A stretch of DNA of 64,000 bases from an uncultured Actinomycetes bacterium (GCA_963813975.1 CAWFAP010000002.1:57876-121875); one strand, 5' to 3'. Counted from the stretch's first letter, positions 18,177 to 27,456 are shown. Numbers and translations are program-made. Notes: generated by a model not told the origin, from the sequence alone.

Positions 18177-20834
18177 ATGCGAAGACCTAATATCGGCTTT
18201 ATGGGGGGAGCCGTTGCGACTGGATCCGGTCAGCGGGCTGTAGAGGATTTGCTGCCCCTGGCCTTGTCTCGTCCTCACGAAGCACTAGCCAGGGCGCGTG
18301 CCGTTCTGGCTGGGCGGCCTGGCCCGTATGCGGCATCAGTGGCCCATCAGGCCGCCGGAATTGCTTTGCGCGATACCGGTGACGTCAACGCGGGCGTCCG
18401 TGAGTTGCGCGCCGCGCTGCGCCTGGCCCGCCGGACCAGTTCCACCGAACGCGAGGCTGATGTGCTGGCCACACTGGGACTCGCACTTGCCTATGCACGC
18501 CGGACCACGGCCGGGCTCGCCGCATTCGACCAGGCATTGCACCTGTCCAGCGGCGTTCTGGCCGGGCGGGTACTGTACCGGCGCGCCGTGGCGCTGTGGC
18601 GGCTCGGCCGGTATGCCGCGGCTCTCGACGACCTCCGCCGCGCGGCCGACGTACTGCAGCGGGCCAACGATCCAGTTTGGATGTCTCGTACTTTAAACGC
18701 CCGCGGGCTGGTTTACCTGGCCGTCGGGTCGCCGCATCGCGCAGATGCCGATTTTGCGGCTGCCGGGCGCCTGTGGGCCGAAACCAGCCAGGAGCTGGAG
18801 TCAATCTATACAGTGGAGAACCGCGCGCTTAGTGCTTTCTCCTCAGGAGATCTTCCCGCAGCGCTCGCATTTATTGATGAAGCTGCCGCCCGCTACCGGC
18901 CGCTGAATGTGCCGACGCCATCCCTCAGTGTCGATCGCTGTGCGGTCTTGCTGGCCGCCGGGCTGGTCGGGGATGCGCTGGCCGAGGCGGATGCCGCGGT
19001 CCGTGACATCGAGCAGAGAGAGGGCCAGGCCGACTGGAAGGCCGAACTGCTGCTGGTGGCGGCCAAGTGCGCGCTGGCCGCAGCGCAGCCGCAGGCCGCC
19101 CTCGACCGGGCACGGGCCGCCTACCGCCTCTTCCGGTTTCAGCAGAGTGCCTGGTGGCAAGCCCACGCCGGGCTCGTTCTGGTCCAGGCGCGTTATGCGG
19201 CCGAGCCAGTGTCAGCCCAGTTGCTCCGCGCGGCGATGCGGGCGGCCGCCCGGCTGACGGAGCTCGGTTCCGGCGAGGCAGCGCAGGCGCACCTGCTGGC
19301 CGGGCGGGTGGCACTGGATCTGGGCCGGCGCGATGACGCAGACCGTCATCTCATCGCCGCCGCACGCAGCCGGCGGCGCGGCCCGCCGATGTCGCGGGCG
19401 ACCGGCTGGCTCAGCGAAGCGCTGCGGGCCGAGGCCGCGGCCAACCCGCGCCGCCTGCTGGCCGCCTGCCGCCGGGGGCTTGCGGTCCTGGACGAGCATC
19501 GGTTCACCCTGGGCGCGTCGGAGCTGCGGGCACAGGCCACCGCGCACGGCGCCGAACTGGCCGTGCTGGCCCAGCGCCATGCCGCGCACGCCCACCAGCC
19601 GCGGCTCTTGCTCGCCTGGAGTGAACGCTGGCGGGCCACCGCCCTGGCGGTCCCCCCGGTGCGCCCCCCCGCCGATGCGCAACTCGGCGCCCGCCTGGCC
19701 GCGCTGCGCCAGGTAACCGGCGAACTCGAGGAGGCGCGGCGCAAAGGCGTGCCGCCGGTAGCACTGGGCCGGGAACAGCGACGGCTCGAAAGCATGGTGC
19801 GCGCCGGTGCGCTGCGGGCCCGGGGTAGCGCCGACGCCGCGCAGATAACTGTCAATATCGGGGAGCTGCTCAGCGCGCTCGGCCGTGGCCAGCTCATCGA
19901 GATCGTCGATGTGGACGGCATCCTGCACGTACTGGCCTGCGGGGCGGGGCGAGTACGGCAGTTCATGGCGGGCCGTACCGAGGATGCCGTCCGGGCTGCC
20001 GACCTCGCCCGTTTTGCCCTGCGCCGCCTGGCCCGCAGCCGGCCGGGGGCCGACCTAGACAGCACGCTGGCCATCCTGAAGGCGGCCGGGCCGCAGCTGC
20101 AGGACGCGCTCCTGGGCCCGGCCGCCCAGCAGCTCGGCGACCAGCCCGTAGTCATCGTCCCGCCCGGCAAATTTCACTCGATCCCGTGGGCGCTGCTTCC
20201 CGCGCTGGGCGACCGGGTGTTCAGTGTCGCTCCCTCCGCGGGCGCCTGGATGCGGGCGCAGGCCGCCCCGCCGCCGGGACGCCGCCAGGTCACGCTAGCC
20301 CGCGGGCCGGGCCTGGTCACTGACGGCGCCGAGGTACCCCTGGTGGCGCAGTTGTATGACGACGTCACAGTCCTGTCGGGTGAGGACGCCACTGCGCGGC
20401 GGGTGCTGTCCGCCCTCGACGGAACCTGGCTGGCCCACGTGGCCGCGCATGGCAGCTTCCGCGCCGACAGCCCACTGTTCTCCTCGTTGCGCATGCATGA
20501 CGGGCCGCTGACCGTCTATGACTTCGAGCAGCTGCATCGCGCGCCCTACCGGCTGATCCTGTCCAGCTGTGACTCCGGCATCATGGCTCCGGCCGGGGCT
20601 AACGAGCTCCTCGGCCTGGTGAGCAGCCTGCTGCCGCTGGGCACGGCCGGGATCATCGCCAGTGTGGTCCCGCTGAACGACTTCGCCACGGTACCCCTCA
20701 TGGTCGGCTTGCACCGCTACCTGCGCATGGGCCATACGCTCGCCGAGGCGATGCGCGACGTGCGGTGCGGGCTCAGCGGAGACCCCATCCAGCGCGGGAC
20801 CGCGCTGTCCCTGACGCCACTGGGCGCCGGCTAA
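18177..20834 (+). CDS. TPR-repeat / CHAT-domain (caspase-like) protein
   Basis: About 550 aa of Ala/Leu/Arg-rich helical repeats are followed by a C-terminal CHAT region. That region carries the His/Cys dyad context LAHVAAHGSF and RLILSSCDSG. Confidence 0.9.
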   Translation: MRRPNIGFMGGAVATGSGQRAVEDLLPLALSRPHEALARARAVLAGRPGPYAASVAHQAAGIALRDTGDVNAGVRELRAALRLARRTSSTEREADVLATLGLALAYARRTTAGLAAFDQALHLSSGVLAGRVLYRRAVALWRLGRYAAALDDLRRAADVLQRANDPVWMSRTLNARGLVYLAVGSPHRADADFAAAGRLWAETSQELESIYTVENRALSAFSSGDLPAALAFIDEAAARYRPLNVPTPSLSVDRCAVLLAAGLVGDALAEADAAVRDIEQREGQADWKAELLLVAAKCALAAAQPQAALDRARAAYRLFRFQQSAWWQAHAGLVLVQARYAAEPVSAQLLRAAMRAAARLTELGSGEAAQAHLLAGRVALDLGRRDDADRHLIAAARSRRRGPPMSRATGWLSEALRAEAAANPRRLLAACRRGLAVLDEHRFTLGASELRAQATAHGAELAVLAQRHAAHAHQPRLLLAWSERWRATALAVPPVRPPADAQLGARLAALRQVTGELEEARRKGVPPVALGREQRRLESMVRAGALRARGSADAAQITVNIGELLSALGRGQLIEIVDVDGILHVLACGAGRVRQFMAGRTEDAVRAADLARFALRRLARSRPGADLDSTLAILKAAGPQLQDALLGPAAQQLGDQPVVIVPPGKFHSIPWALLPALGDRVFSVAPSAGAWMRAQAAPPPGRRQVTLARGPGLVTDGAEVPLVAQLYDDVTVLSGEDATARRVLSALDGTWLAHVAAHGSFRADSPLFSSLRMHDGPLTVYDFEQLHRAPYRLILSSCDSGIMAPAGANELLGLVSSLLPLGTAGIIASVVPLNDFATVPLMVGLHRYLRMGHTLAEAMRDVRCGLSGDPIQRGTALSLTPLGAG

Positions 20835-21220
20835 TGCAGGCGAAGGCCCAGCGCGGGACCTGGCCAGCCGGCCCGGGTGGTTTCCCGCCTCCCCCCGCGG
20901 CGGCGGCGCCCGGGCCGGGCCGGGTGGCCGGCCAGCGCTGCACCGGCCCTCACCCAGAACGGAGCAGTGCGGTCAGTCCCTGATACAAGATCTGGCCGCG
21001 GGATGTCTCAACCGCGCACTGGCGGACCGCGGCAAGGACACGATGCCGCCATGATTTCCGGGTCGCTGGCGTATCAGCGGCCAGGGCCGTCGCTCCTTCT
21101 CATAAGAGACGCTACTACCCGTGTGCTGGGCTGGCCCCTGGTCCCGTCAGTTGCAGGACGCGGCGCCGATGTGCGCATGTGGAGTCACAGGTGCGCGCCG
21201 CACGTTACGGAGACGTGATT

Positions 21221-22042
21221 ATGCCTGTACAGAATGGCGGCATGCCGCATCTGGTCGTGCTGGCACCGGACTCTGACCGCGGCCGGCGAATCCCGCTTAA
21301 TAGGGACTACCTGGTAGTCGGGCGCGAGCCGACCTGCGACGTGCGGTTCGATGACCCATGCGTCAGCCGCGCCCACGCCGCGCTGCGGCGGCGCGGGAGT
21401 GCGGTCTATGTGGAAGACCTCGGCTCCTCCGCGGGCACGTTCGTCAACGGAGCGACCGCGGCCAGCGCCTGCGAGCTGCACTCTGGCGACCTGCTGAGGT
21501 TCGCCTCAGTGACAGCGCGGCTGGAATCCAGCGGGGCCAGAAGCGACGAGACAATTACCATGCGCGAAACGCCGGCCGGGGCCGGCGTGGTCCATCACAT
21601 CGACGAGCAACGTGCGGACGTCATCAATTACGCAGAGCACCAGTACAACTCGCACGTTCAGTACGTTAACCAGCAGCGCGAGAACTTCCTCCGCGAGGTC
21701 GCCGCGACCAAGACAAAGGCGCGGTGGCTCGCCTGGACGGGCTTCTTGATGTTCGTGGCCGGCTTCGGCATCTTCGCCGCAGCCGACGTCAGCTTCATCA
21801 AAGGAATTACCGACTCCATCCAGAACGGGGGTCAGGTATCGCCGACGACCAGCCCCTTCGGACGGGAGGTCGGGGGCATTCCCGTCGGGCTGGCCGGCTG
21901 GGCCTTGGCCGCGCTGGGCATGATGCTCCTCATCGTCGGGATCGTGCTGCATGTGGTCGCCACCTCGCGGCGCCGACGGGCCTACCGCGACTTCCCGGTG
22001 TCCCCGCCCTGGCCGGATGCCGCGTCCATGAGAAGAGAGTGA
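21221..22042 (+). CDS. FHA-domain protein with C-terminal transmembrane segments
   Basis: The FHA signature is LVVGREPTCDVRFDDPCVSRAHAAL....VYVEDLGSSAGTFVNG. Hydrophobic segments are WLAWTGFLMFVAGFGIFAA and GLAGWALAALGMMLLIVGIVLHVV. The ATG at 21221 has GGAG upstream. Confidence 0.85.
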   Translation: MPVQNGGMPHLVVLAPDSDRGRRIPLNRDYLVVGREPTCDVRFDDPCVSRAHAALRRRGSAVYVEDLGSSAGTFVNGATAASACELHSGDLLRFASVTARLESSGARSDETITMRETPAGAGVVHHIDEQRADVINYAEHQYNSHVQYVNQQRENFLREVAATKTKARWLAWTGFLMFVAGFGIFAAADVSFIKGITDSIQNGGQVSPTTSPFGREVGGIPVGLAGWALAALGMMLLIVGIVLHVVATSRRRRAYRDFPVSPPWPDAASMRRE

Positions 22043-22043
22043 C

Positions 22044-22433
22044 ATGGAGATCCATGTGAAGAACCAGACCGCTGGCGTCATCACCTACGTCGACGGCAAC
22101 CAGGTGATCTACGGCGGCCTCCACGGCATCGTCGTCACCGACGAAGACGCATGCCGGGCGGTGCACGAGCTCCGGGAGGCGCTGGCGAGCGTAGCCCTAG
22201 ACCGAACCGGGGCGGCCGAGGCGCGAGCCCAGGTCGCGGAGATCGACGCGGCAGTGCGCACACCTCAGCCAGACAAGCGCCGGGCCGCCGGCCCGCTCAA
22301 ACGGCTCACCGAACTGCTTGCCCGCGCCGGATCGCTGACCACGGCAAGCGCAGCCCTGATCGGCCCGCTGCAAATCCTTGCTACCTGGCTGGGTGCTCAC
22401 GGAACAGCCATCCTCAGCCTGCTTCCCCTGTAA
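22044..22433 (+). CDS. hypothetical 129-aa protein coupled to the FHA gene
   Basis: It starts 1 nt after the FHA stop. The N-terminal motif is NQTAGVITYVDGNQVIYGGLHG, followed by a helical middle and a hydrophobic/amphipathic tail. Third-position bias is good. Confidence 0.6.
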   Translation: MEIHVKNQTAGVITYVDGNQVIYGGLHGIVVTDEDACRAVHELREALASVALDRTGAAEARAQVAEIDAAVRTPQPDKRRAAGPLKRLTELLARAGSLTTASAALIGPLQILATWLGAHGTAILSLLPL

Positions 22434-22613
22434 GCCATCTCCGGTGCTTCCCGGGCCAAAGGCCGTATCGATTTGAGAGCGATCTGCGCGTCGCGGGTCG
22501 GGCGGTGACCAGGGTCCCGGTTCCCGGCGTCGCAGCCAGGCCTTCCCTCACTGAGGTAGAGGCAGACCGCCTGGCCTGAGCAGATGTGGACGCATGAGCA
22601 CGAGGAGGCAGCG

Positions 22614-23102
22614 ATGGCAAGGGTCCGGCTGCGAGACATCGTGGCTGCAGGGGACCGCGCGGCGGTCATGGGCCTGCGCCGTGGCCCCGGCCAGGGCCAG
22701 TACCTCAACTCCATGGAGGAGATCTTCGCCGAGGTCCGCGAGGAGCAGCGCGCCATGCCCCACCCCTGGGCGGTGCACGACGCCGGGACCGGCGCGCTGG
22801 TCGGCTTCGCGATGATCAGCGACAACGTCCCGCAGCCGATGGACGACGACCTCGTCGGCCCGTACTACCTGTGGAAGCTGCTCATCGACCGTCGGTTCCA
22901 GCGCCGTGGCTACGGCGCGGCCACGCTCGACGCGGTCGTGGACTACCTCGCGGCGCGGCCCGGCGCCGAAGTGCTCTACACCAGCTGCGCGGACGGCCCC
23001 GGCTCGCCGCGCGGGTTCTACCTCAGCTACGGGTTCACCGACACGGGCCGAGTCATGTGGGGCGAGAACGTCCTCGCGCTCGATCTGGCGCCGTGCAGTT
23101 GA
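22614..23102 (+). CDS. GNAT-family N-acetyltransferase
   Basis: The acetyl-CoA motif is IDRRFQRRGYGAATLDAVV, and the C-terminus is FYLSYGFTDTG. Confidence 0.8.
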   Translation: MARVRLRDIVAAGDRAAVMGLRRGPGQGQYLNSMEEIFAEVREEQRAMPHPWAVHDAGTGALVGFAMISDNVPQPMDDDLVGPYYLWKLLIDRRFQRRGYGAATLDAVVDYLAARPGAEVLYTSCADGPGSPRGFYLSYGFTDTGRVMWGENVLALDLAPCS

Positions 23103-23164
23103 CCGGGGATCGCTCGATCACCTCCGCTCCCGTGGACCGGGCAGATCACGCTCATCTGCGCGCC

Positions 23165-23416
23165 TCAGTTGCACCGAACAGTCGCTGGTATACAGATTGG
23201 CGGCGCTGCGCGTTGGCGGCACTGCGCGCTCACCCACAGCTGGACCGGCGCGGTCGTGACCAGCTCGCGAGCGCTTGGCGGGAGGTACGAGCGGACGTCG
23301 GTCGTGCCCGGCGTCACGAACTGACCCCGCGGGCGCTGGCCCAGGCGAAGGGAGATCTCACGTTCGCGAGGTCCCTTGACCGGTTTCCGTTCCTGAGCCA
23401 GTAGCGCGGTGTCCAT
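23165..23416 (-). CDS. hypothetical protein or gene fragment
   Basis: Third-position G/C bias is strong in the central part (GQFVTPGTTDVRSYLPPSARELVTTAPVQLWVSAQ). No family was recognised. Confidence 0.3.
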   Translation of the reverse strand: MDTALLAQERKPVKGPREREISLRLGQRPRGQFVTPGTTDVRSYLPPSARELVTTAPVQLWVSAQCRQRAAPPICIPATVRCN

Positions 23417-23550
23417 GAACGCCGTAAGGGGGCTCCCAGGTCAGGCAGGTTTTCGCCTACCCATCCGACGGCTGTTACAGATGCCGGGATCCACGAGCAC
23501 GCGACGCGTCCGGGTGCGCCCTGGCGGACGCCCGACGCGGTAAGCCAGCC

Positions 23551-23588
23551 TGGTGCTGGTGCTGGTGCTGGTGCTGGTGCTGGTGCTG
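23551..23588. repeat. hexanucleotide microsatellite (TGGTGC)x6
   Basis: Read directly from the sequence: tggtgc repeated six times, plus tg. Confidence 0.95.
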
Positions 23589-24247
23589 ACCTCGCGTCAG
23601 CCTGCCCACAGTTGCTGTTTGGCGTCACCTGCGCCTCACCGCGAGGGCACCAGCACCAGGCTCGCCGCCAGCCGGGCCAGTGGGCGGCGCGGCCGCGCCG
23701 GGCAGTTTTCATGTCCGCCAGCGCGCAGCTTCATGCCCATCTCCGGCAGTTCTCCTGACCCGTCAAGGAGGGGCCGCTGTCAATCCTGGCCTGGCCGGCA
23801 TTTGGATGCCGCCATCAAGCACGGACAGCCGCGCGACCTTCATCCATTTAAGGTGATGCCGTGCCGCGAGCGGTGTGGTGGCATCCGGCTGTACGGCGCG
23901 GAGCCGACGCGCCGACCGGGGTTAACCGTGCGTCGCGGCACCGAATGCCGCCGCGGCCGGGATGACGCCCGGGGTCGAGCGGCGAGCGCAGTGGGCCCGA
24001 GGCGGGCACCCTCGGCGAGGGAGGATTCAGGCATGGCGAGTGAGGCAGCAGGAGGAACCCGGACCGGCGCCAGCGACCAGGCGCCGATCGCCCCGCTGGC
24101 CTGGTGGTCGCCCAGCGGGGCGGAGTCTCAGACGGGAGCGGCAGGTGAGGGCGGCAGGTCATGATGCGGCGGCGCACAGAGGGATTGTGAGAGTACGCGC
24201 GGGGTGCGCTGTGGGTACTTCCCGGGATCTCGCTGATAGCTGCGCTC

Positions 24248-25474
24248 GTGCTGGGTGCAGTCCTGGCCAAGGTTCATGTGGCCGCCACCGCGCCTGTGCA
24301 CCGTCTGCTGTTTCAGGGAACGGCCGACGACGCGCGGACGTTGCTGATCGGGATCACCAGCACGGTCATCACAGTTATCGCGCTTGTCCTCGGGCTGACA
24401 TTGGTTGCCCTCCAGCTATCGTCGTCGCAATATTCGCCACGAGTGCTCCGAAATTTTCTCCGCGACTGGCAGAACCAGGTCTTCTTGTCGGTGATCGTCG
24501 CGACGTTCGCGTACTCGGCGGCCGGGCTCTACACGGTCGGTGTATCGGCGGGGAAACGAACTTCCTCCTACCCGCAGCTTGCCGTTACCGTGGCGATTGT
24601 CCTGCTTTTCGTGAGCCTCGGTACCCTGATCTTCTTCCTGGACCACCTCGCTCATTCGATCCAGATCGACCGGCTGATGGCGGTCATCGAGCGGGCCACG
24701 ATGCAGGTCATCGCGGACGAAGCGCGGCGCGCCTCCGCCCGGACCGGATACGGCCAGGTCCCCGAGCCTCCAGCATGGGCGGTGGCGATTCGCGCCCGCA
24801 AGGATGGCTATGTGCAGACGATCCATCCCGAACTGCTGGCCCCCCTGGCCGAGCGGCTTGAGGTGACTGTGTGCATCGTTCCGCAGGTGGGTGACTATGT
24901 CGTGCCCAGTCATCCGATCGCGCACGCCTGGCACCGCTCGATTGACCAGCAGCGGCCGGACCCGCGAGATCTGACTGACACCGTGCACCGCGCGGTCCGG
25001 ATCGGCTTTGAGCGGACGCTGCAGCAGGACATCCGCTTCGGCCTGCGGCAGCTCGTTGACATTGCCCTGCGGGCGCTTTCCCCCGCCGTCAACGACCCTT
25101 ACACCGGGATCCAGGCGATCCAGCGGCTGACCGTCCTGCTCTGCGCGCTGGCACCCACGCCGCTCGGCGACTATGTGATCGCGGGGCAGGAGGGCTCGGC
25201 GGACGTCGTCGTACCCGCACCCTCGTTCAGGGAGTACACCGACCTTGCGTGCGGCCTGATCCGCCGCTACGGCGCCAGTGAACCGACCGTGATGGCCGCG
25301 CTGCTCCGCATGCTGCACGACGTGCAGGTCCTGGTCACCGACCAGGACCTGCTTCAGGTGCTCGCGACGGAGGCGCGCCTCGTCGTCAGCGATGCTGAAC
25401 GCGCCACCGTCCAGCCTGCAGACCTGCGCATGGTGCGAGAGCAGGCAACATCACTTCTGCCTGACGACTCATAG
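24248..25474 (+). CDS. DUF2254-domain membrane protein (N-terminus possibly disrupted by an in-frame TGA)
   Basis: The characteristic block is LLIGITSTVITVIALVLGLTLVALQLSSSQYSPRVLRNF. Upstream in the same frame, ATGATG at 24161 opens MMRRRTEGL, then TGA (24188-24190), then EYARGALWVLPGISLIAAL. Confidence 0.8.
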   Translation: MLGAVLAKVHVAATAPVHRLLFQGTADDARTLLIGITSTVITVIALVLGLTLVALQLSSSQYSPRVLRNFLRDWQNQVFLSVIVATFAYSAAGLYTVGVSAGKRTSSYPQLAVTVAIVLLFVSLGTLIFFLDHLAHSIQIDRLMAVIERATMQVIADEARRASARTGYGQVPEPPAWAVAIRARKDGYVQTIHPELLAPLAERLEVTVCIVPQVGDYVVPSHPIAHAWHRSIDQQRPDPRDLTDTVHRAVRIGFERTLQQDIRFGLRQLVDIALRALSPAVNDPYTGIQAIQRLTVLLCALAPTPLGDYVIAGQEGSADVVVPAPSFREYTDLACGLIRRYGASEPTVMAALLRMLHDVQVLVTDQDLLQVLATEARLVVSDAERATVQPADLRMVREQATSLLPDDS

Positions 25475-25513
25475 CACAACGGACCTGCCCGGGCACCGCG
25501 ACGTGCTGGCACC

Positions 25514-26914
25514 TCAGGGACGGATGAGAGCGGCGAGCAGGGCTTGCAGCTTCAACTGGGTTTCCGCCAGCTCGGTCTCGGGCCGGGATCCGGCCACCAC
25601 GCCGACACCGGCGTACATCGAGGCATGGTCGCCGTCTACGTGAGCTGACCTGAGCCCGATGGCCCAGCTCCCGTCACCGCGGGCATCCATCCAGCCCACC
25701 GGGCCGGCGTACCGGCCGCGGTCAAAGCCCTCGACCTCGCCGATATAGGCCACCGCCTCGCCGGTGGGCGTGCCGCCCACCGCGGGTGTGGGGTGCACCC
25801 TCGCCACGAGCTGGAGGGCGCTGGGCACACGGAGCCCGGGATGCGCCGGGCCGCCCCCCGGCGACTCTGACCGGCTCCGGGCATGGCCGGAGTAGGGGCT
25901 GTCACCCGTCCCGGCCGGCGCTTCCGGAACGGCGGATAGCACTCCGCTGAGCCGGGTGGCGAGATGGGACACGTTGCGCAACTCGAGCACTGTGGGCTTG
26001 TCGGGTATGTCCAGGCTCTCGCAGACAGGACCCAGGGTGCGACGGAGACCTTCGATGACGTAGGCGTGCTCTCTGCGTTCCTTGGGTGAGGCGAGCAGTC
26101 CGGCGATGAGCGCTTCGTCGGTAGCCAGATCGCCACTGCGGCCAATAGTGCCGGCCAGGGGGTGACTGGCGACGTGCGCACCCCGGCGCTCGATCAGCAG
26201 TTCGGGGCTAGCGCCGAGGAAGCCATCGACCCTGAAGACCATGCACGTCGGGTACAGGGCGAGCAGCCGGGACAGGACATCCGAGGTGACGAACGGGCGA
26301 TTGGCCGTCACGTCGATCTGGCGGGCCAGGACGACCTTGCCCAGCGCTCCGTCGTCGATGCGGGCGACGGCGCCGGCTACCAGGTCCTCCCAGGCCTCGT
26401 GGTCCATCACCGACGTCAGGGTGAACTGGCTCGGCGCGGGCCGGGGATCGGCGTACCCGCCGAGGGCATCGGCGGCCATCCGGTCAGCCAGGCGCGCGGT
26501 GGTGCCGGTGCCGGGGCGCGCGGTGGTGGTGATCCATGCTTCGCCGTCGCGTCGGCCGATCACCACGCGAGGGACCACGAGCACCCCAGGTGCGTCCCGC
26601 ACGAACGGGAGCGCGCCGAGAGCTACTGCCCCGGTTCCCGGCCCGGTCACGTCATCGCCGCGTTGGATAGCAGCCAGGCGGCCCGCCACCCCGGCCACCG
26701 CAGCGGCGTCGGTGAGACCGCGGGGAAGCTCGATGCGCAGGGCGACGCCGCGCCCAGCCAAGCCGAAGCCCTCGTGCTGCCACAGGAAGCCGTCGCGGCC
26801 AGCAGCGGCGAGCAAATCGATGTCCGCGGCATCGATGCCGGTTCCCGGGCCGGCGAGCCGGGCCGTCGTGGCCGCGAGGGGCGCCCCGTTCGGCGTAGTT
26901 CTGGCCATGCTCAT
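25514..26914 (-). CDS. isochorismate synthase (MenF/EntC/DhbC family)
   Basis: Chorismate-binding motifs are present: FLGASPELL, SHPLAGT, KERREH, HPTPAVGGTP and FDRGRYAGPVGW. The ATG at 26914 (MSMARTT) was chosen. Confidence 0.85.
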   Translation of the reverse strand: MSMARTTPNGAPLAATTARLAGPGTGIDAADIDLLAAAGRDGFLWQHEGFGLAGRGVALRIELPRGLTDAAAVAGVAGRLAAIQRGDDVTGPGTGAVALGALPFVRDAPGVLVVPRVVIGRRDGEAWITTTARPGTGTTARLADRMAADALGGYADPRPAPSQFTLTSVMDHEAWEDLVAGAVARIDDGALGKVVLARQIDVTANRPFVTSDVLSRLLALYPTCMVFRVDGFLGASPELLIERRGAHVASHPLAGTIGRSGDLATDEALIAGLLASPKERREHAYVIEGLRRTLGPVCESLDIPDKPTVLELRNVSHLATRLSGVLSAVPEAPAGTGDSPYSGHARSRSESPGGGPAHPGLRVPSALQLVARVHPTPAVGGTPTGEAVAYIGEVEGFDRGRYAGPVGWMDARGDGSWAIGLRSAHVDGDHASMYAGVGVVAGSRPETELAETQLKLQALLAALIRP

Positions 26915-26948
26915 GGGGCGCAACCTCAGGATGTGGTGGTCGGGCTCG

Positions 26949-27272
26949 TCACGGCCGCCCGCAGGGGCACGGCCTACCAGGATAGCCAGGCGGGGAACCT
27001 GCTCGCGGGCTGGGCCAGCGGTATGGCCTTCGCGCGGGGGGGCGTTCTTCCGCGGTGGTTCCGCCCCAGATGCCGTCCTGCCTGGTTTCCACGGCATAGG
27101 CCAGGCATGGCGCACGTACGGCGCAGCGGCCGCAGACCGCCTTGGCCGCCTTGATCTGCCGCGAAGCCGGACCCGTCGCCGCAATCGGAAAGAAGAGTTC
27201 CGGATCCTCGGCCCGGCAGGCGCCCTGCGACATCCAGTCGGAGGAATCCCGGCCCGCCTCTAGTCGCAGCAT
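26949..27272 (-). CDS. WhiB-family (Wbl) Fe-S transcriptional regulator
   Basis: The Wbl pattern is C-x-EDPELFFP ... AK.VC..C.VR..CL.YA ... GIWGGTT..ER. A Pro/Arg-rich tail follows. An alternative start is the ATG at 27233. Confidence 0.85.
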   Translation of the reverse strand: MLRLEAGRDSSDWMSQGACRAEDPELFFPIAATGPASRQIKAAKAVCGRCAVRAPCLAYAVETRQDGIWGGTTAEERPPARRPYRWPSPRAGSPPGYPGRPCPCGRP

Positions 27273-27456
27273 GACCGGTCATTCTGGCCGTCTGTCCAGC
27301 TGCGGGGATCCGGCGCGGCGCTGGTTACCTCGGCCGGCCGGTCGCGGCCCGGACAGATTCCGCTGGAGGAGTGCGCTTCGGGCGGGGCGCCCCCCGCTAC
27401 GCGGATCTCACCATGCGAAGATCGCATTTCAGCCCCCGAGAACAAGTTGGATGCGG

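Noticed and set aside
16551-22433. I looked for a gasdermin-like pore-former, a CRISPR array, cas genes, a STAND/AAA NTPase or a Ser/Thr kinase that would place the S8/CHAT locus in a known system.
   Set aside because: None is present in or beside the locus. The flanking genes are a LacI regulator and a GNAT acetyltransferase. The FHA-TM protein does not look like a gasdermin to me, though that rests on size and composition only, not on an alignment.
23551-23588. Whether the tandem repeat could be a CRISPR array or a minisatellite-encoded gene.
   Set aside because: The units are 6 bp with no spacers, so it is a simple microsatellite. No cas genes or longer repeat-spacer structure occur anywhere in the window.
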